Of a DNA stretch of 64,000 nt, positions 61,052 through 64,000 are shown piece by piece (positions within the stretch are counted from its first letter, which is position 1; each line of letters starts with the position of its first letter). This stretch comes from Acidobacteriota bacterium. GTDB lineage: Bacteria; Acidobacteriota; UBA890; WLXD01. Position numbers and translations under genes: made by a program. The notes beneath the pieces are model-generated. The model made no database searches, was not told the origin of the DNA, and worked only from the letters and a program-made list of their open reading frames with translations. The stretch lies in the NCBI GenBank assembly GCA_965248695.1, contig CBDFKD010000002.1, positions 3,392,001 to 3,456,000 of the forward strand, given 5' to 3'.

Positions 61052-61638
61052 CGGCCCACCTCGGCGGCGATCTCGCGGTACAGCCAGGCGCGCGCCGTGC
61101 TCCACTCCCGCTTGATGGTCGCCGGCGACAGACCCAGGACCTCGCCGGTCTCCTCGATGGTGAGGCCACCGAAAAAGCGCAGCTCGACGAGCCGCGCCGC
61201 GCGGGGATCGAACTCCTGCAGTTGCTCCAGGGCATCGTCCAGAGCGACGAGGTCGAAATCACGCTCCGGCCCGGCCGCGATCTCCTCGTTGATCGCCAGC
61301 ATCGTCGCCCCACCGCCGCGCTTCGCCGCCCGCTGACGGCGCGCATGATCCACCAGGATCCGCCGCATCAGCTGCGCCGCAATGCCGAAAAAATGGGCGC
61401 GGTTTCGCCACTGAACCCGAGTCTGATCGACTAGGCGCACGTAGGCTTCGTTGACCAGCGCCGTAGCCTGCAGCGTGTGGTTACGGCGCTCTCCGCGCAG
61501 CTGCGCCCCGGCGATACGACGCAGCTCGTCGTAGACGAGGCTCATCAGCCGCTCGCGCGCTGCGTCGTCACCCTCGCTCCAACCGAGCAGCAGCTCGGTT
61601 ACTCGATGGTCGTCGTGCTCCGTGGGCTCCAGGCTCAT
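61048..61638 (-). CDS. ECF sigma factor, TIGR02999/ECF43-like
   Basis: VTELLLGW, VYDELRRIA, HTLQATALVNEAY, NRAHFF, ELRFFGGL, REWSTARAWL. Confidence 0.92.
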   Translation of the reverse strand: MSLEPTEHDDHRVTELLLGWSEGDDAARERLMSLVYDELRRIAGAQLRGERRNHTLQATALVNEAYVRLVDQTRVQWRNRAHFFGIAAQLMRRILVDHARRQRAAKRGGGATMLAINEEIAAGPERDFDLVALDDALEQLQEFDPRAARLVELRFFGGLTIEETGEVLGLSPATIKREWSTARAWLYREIAAEVGR

Positions 61639-61818
61639 CTCGGCAGCGTACCGGCGCGGCGGCGAGTCGATCAAGCGACCGTGCGCCTCGCGGCGACTCG
61701 ACCGACCTGCATGAGCCGTTGGGGGTCCAGAATCCGCGTCTCTGGTTGAAGGCCCCGCCGACGGTCGGCGAGCCGTTTGCAGGTAAGCTAGAGGCCACTC
61801 GGCCCAAGGAGGTGACGC

Positions 61819-62787
61819 ATGAGAACGACCGCGATGATCGCCGTCGTCAGCGCGCTAGCGGCATCGCTCGGCGCGGCATCGCTCGGCGCGACGTCGCTCC
61901 GCTTCGGGCGGCAGGACGCTGCCTCGGCTCCAACGATGCGCCGTGCGCAGCGGGCTGATCGCGAGAGCGTCCCACAGGACATCTACTTCGGAGATGCCGA
62001 GGATCGACAGCTCGGCGTTCGATGCGCCGCCCCCAGAGTGAGTCAACTCGAGCAGGAGCTCATCGATCGGGCGCTGCAGCCGCACCTGGTCAAGGCCGCC
62101 AGCGAGGCTCGCGCGGCTACGACCATCCCGGTGGTCGTCCACGTCGTAACCAAAAGGAACGGCGACTTCGAGGTCACCGACGCTCAGATCGAACGCCAGA
62201 TGACGGTACTGAACGAGTCGTTCGAGCCCCGCGGGTTCCGTTTCGAGCTTTCCGAAACACGGCGCTACCAGTCGAACGTGTTCGCCAAGAAGTGCCTGAG
62301 CTTTCAGGCCGAGAGCCGCTTCAAGCGCAACAACGCCGTCGACCCGGCCACCACCCTCAACATCTACACCTGCCGCCCGGCACGCGGAGTTCTCGGATAC
62401 GCCTGGCTACCGTTCCATTGGCCAGAGTCTGATCCGCAACATGGTGTTGTGGTGCACTATGCCACCATGCCCGACGGGATCGGGGTGCCTTACGACGAAG
62501 GCGATACCGTGGTCCACGAAGTCGGGCACTACCTCGGCTTGCTACACACCTTCAGCGGCGTCTGCAACCAAGGCGCCGGCGACCGCATCGCGGACACGCC
62601 GGCGGAACGACGCCCGGCCTACGGCTGTCCGACCGGACGCGACACATGCCCTAAGCAGGCGGGCAAGGATCCGATCCGCAACTTCATGGATTACTCCGAC
62701 GACTCCTGCATGAACCGGTTCACACCCGATCAGGCGACGTACATGGCGGCGCAGGTGGCGGCGTTCAAGCCGAGCCTGGGGAGCTAG
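61819..62787 (+). CDS. M43 (pappalysin/ulilysin-like) zinc metalloprotease, secreted
   Basis: AAGGAGG RBS; IPVVVHVV, HEVGHYLGLLHTF, Met-turn NFMDYS. Confidence 0.92.
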   Translation: MRTTAMIAVVSALAASLGAASLGATSLRFGRQDAASAPTMRRAQRADRESVPQDIYFGDAEDRQLGVRCAAPRVSQLEQELIDRALQPHLVKAASEARAATTIPVVVHVVTKRNGDFEVTDAQIERQMTVLNESFEPRGFRFELSETRRYQSNVFAKKCLSFQAESRFKRNNAVDPATTLNIYTCRPARGVLGYAWLPFHWPESDPQHGVVVHYATMPDGIGVPYDEGDTVVHEVGHYLGLLHTFSGVCNQGAGDRIADTPAERRPAYGCPTGRDTCPKQAGKDPIRNFMDYSDDSCMNRFTPDQATYMAAQVAAFKPSLGS

Positions 62788-62813
62788 GCAGGAACACGCT
62801 TCACCACGGCCAG

Positions 62814-63998
62814 CTAGAGCGGCAACACCACCAGGCCGTCGCGCAGCTTGGGCTCGAACCAGGTCGACTTCGGCGGCATGACCTGGCCGGCGTCCGCCAC
62901 CGCGAGCACATCGGCCAGCTGCGTGGCGTAGAACGAGAAGGCGGCCTGCATCTCTCCACTGTCGACGCGGCGCTCGAGCTCCTCCAGCCCTCGGATGCCG
63001 CCAACGAAATCAATGCGGTCGTCGGTGCGCTGATCCTCGATGCCGAGCAGCGATGCGAGGCAGTTGGCACCCAGGACGTTGATATCGAGCCGGCCGACGG
63101 GGTCGTCAGGCACCAGGTCCGTATCGATCTCCAGCCGGTACCAACGGCCCGCGAGGTACAGGCCGAACGCTCCCGGGCGCGACGATTGTACCGCCGCATC
63201 GCTGGGCTCGACGGTAAACGCCTGCCCGAGGGCATCGATGAGCTCGTCGGGACTGCGCTCGCCGATCGTCGAGACGACGCGGTTGTACGGCAGGATCTGC
63301 ACCTGGTCGTCGGGAAACATCACCGCCAGGAACCACTCGGCACCACCGACATCCTCCCCGGATGCGCGCCGCGCCTGGCGCCATTCGTGGAGCTTGGCAG
63401 CCGCCGCCGAGCGGTGGTGGCCGTCGGCCATGTAGATCGCCGGCATGGCGTTGAATGCGGCCGCCAGCGCATCGGGCTCAGCGACCACCCAGAGGCTGTG
63501 GCGCACGCCATCCTCACCTGTGACGTCGAGGTCCGGGGGGCCGCTCAGCCACTCGGCAACGAGCCGGTCGACCTCGGGATCGGAGCGGTGGGTCAGGAAC
63601 AACGTGCCCGTGTGCGCATCGAGGGCGTCGGCGTTGCGGGCCCGGTCATCTACCTTGTCGTCCTTGGTGTGCTCGTGCAGTCGGATACGACCGTCGAGGT
63701 AGGCGGCGATGCTGGCGGCGGCCACCACACCGGTCTGCGTATGCGCACCCATCACGACCCTGTACACATAGAGAGCTGGGGATTCGTCGCGACGCAACAG
63801 GCCCTCATCGATCAGGCGGTCGAGGTTGGCTCGACCACGGGCATGGACCTCGGACAGGTGCGGGTCGGTACCCGGAGGAAAGTCGATCTCCGGCTTCGAT
63901 ACGTGCAGGAACGAATCGGCGTTGTCGCCAACCAGGCGTCGAGCTTCCTCGCTGTCGACCACGTCATACGGAGGAGCGGCAACCCGCGCAGCACTGTC
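62814..63998 (-). CDS. DUF1015-family protein (5' partial; runs off right edge)
   Basis: APPYDVV, SFLHVSKPE, HEHT, YMADGHHR, MPPKSTWFEPKLRDGL. Confidence 0.9.
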   Translation of the reverse strand, partial: DSAARVAAPPYDVVDSEEARRLVGDNADSFLHVSKPEIDFPPGTDPHLSEVHARGRANLDRLIDEGLLRRDESPALYVYRVVMGAHTQTGVVAAASIAAYLDGRIRLHEHTKDDKVDDRARNADALDAHTGTLFLTHRSDPEVDRLVAEWLSGPPDLDVTGEDGVRHSLWVVAEPDALAAAFNAMPAIYMADGHHRSAAAAKLHEWRQARRASGEDVGGAEWFLAVMFPDDQVQILPYNRVVSTIGERSPDELIDALGQAFTVEPSDAAVQSSRPGAFGLYLAGRWYRLEIDTDLVPDDPVGRLDINVLGANCLASLLGIEDQRTDDRIDFVGGIRGLEELERRVDSGEMQAAFSFYATQLADVLAVADAGQVMPPKSTWFEPKLRDGLVVLPL

Positions 63999-64000
63999 GG

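Noticed and set aside
61858-61902. 15-bp tandem repeat (AASLG AASLG ATSLR) in the M43 signal peptide
   Set aside because: Ordinary in-frame slippage.

Overview
GC-rich bacterial window with about 45 genes. The gene content (GWxTD, acidobacterial VWA, Oar-like TonB-dependent receptor, CRTAC1, TIGR02999-type ECF plus Ser/Thr kinase) suggests Acidobacteriota; this is an inference. Left to right: a partial usher-like gene; a membrane-anchored pseudokinase coupled to an MscS channel fused to an FHA domain; a CBS-like enzyme and a rhodanese; a 17-kb envelope cluster (three proteins sharing one C-terminal beta-sandwich module, CRTAC1/TPR, a Thr-type sulfatase-like TPR protein, a TonB-dependent receptor with a sigma54-type promoter, DUF3179); two GMC/Tat-subunit dehydrogenase pairs; secreted peptidases; CBM9 plus DUF5107-TPR; a Tat-less Psr-like molybdoenzyme with a ferredoxin-NrfD fusion; LytS/LytTR; pckG; a six-gene ABC/FAD oxidoreductase/CoA-transferase/hydratase operon; ECF-STK; an M43 protease; and a partial DUF1015 gene. 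Intergenic DNA holds a CTAG-flanked MITE, relics of a related element sitting just upstream of three start codons, and REP-like inverted repeats. No tRNA, rRNA, CRISPR array or transposase was seen. All calls come from manual motif reading; no database search was run.
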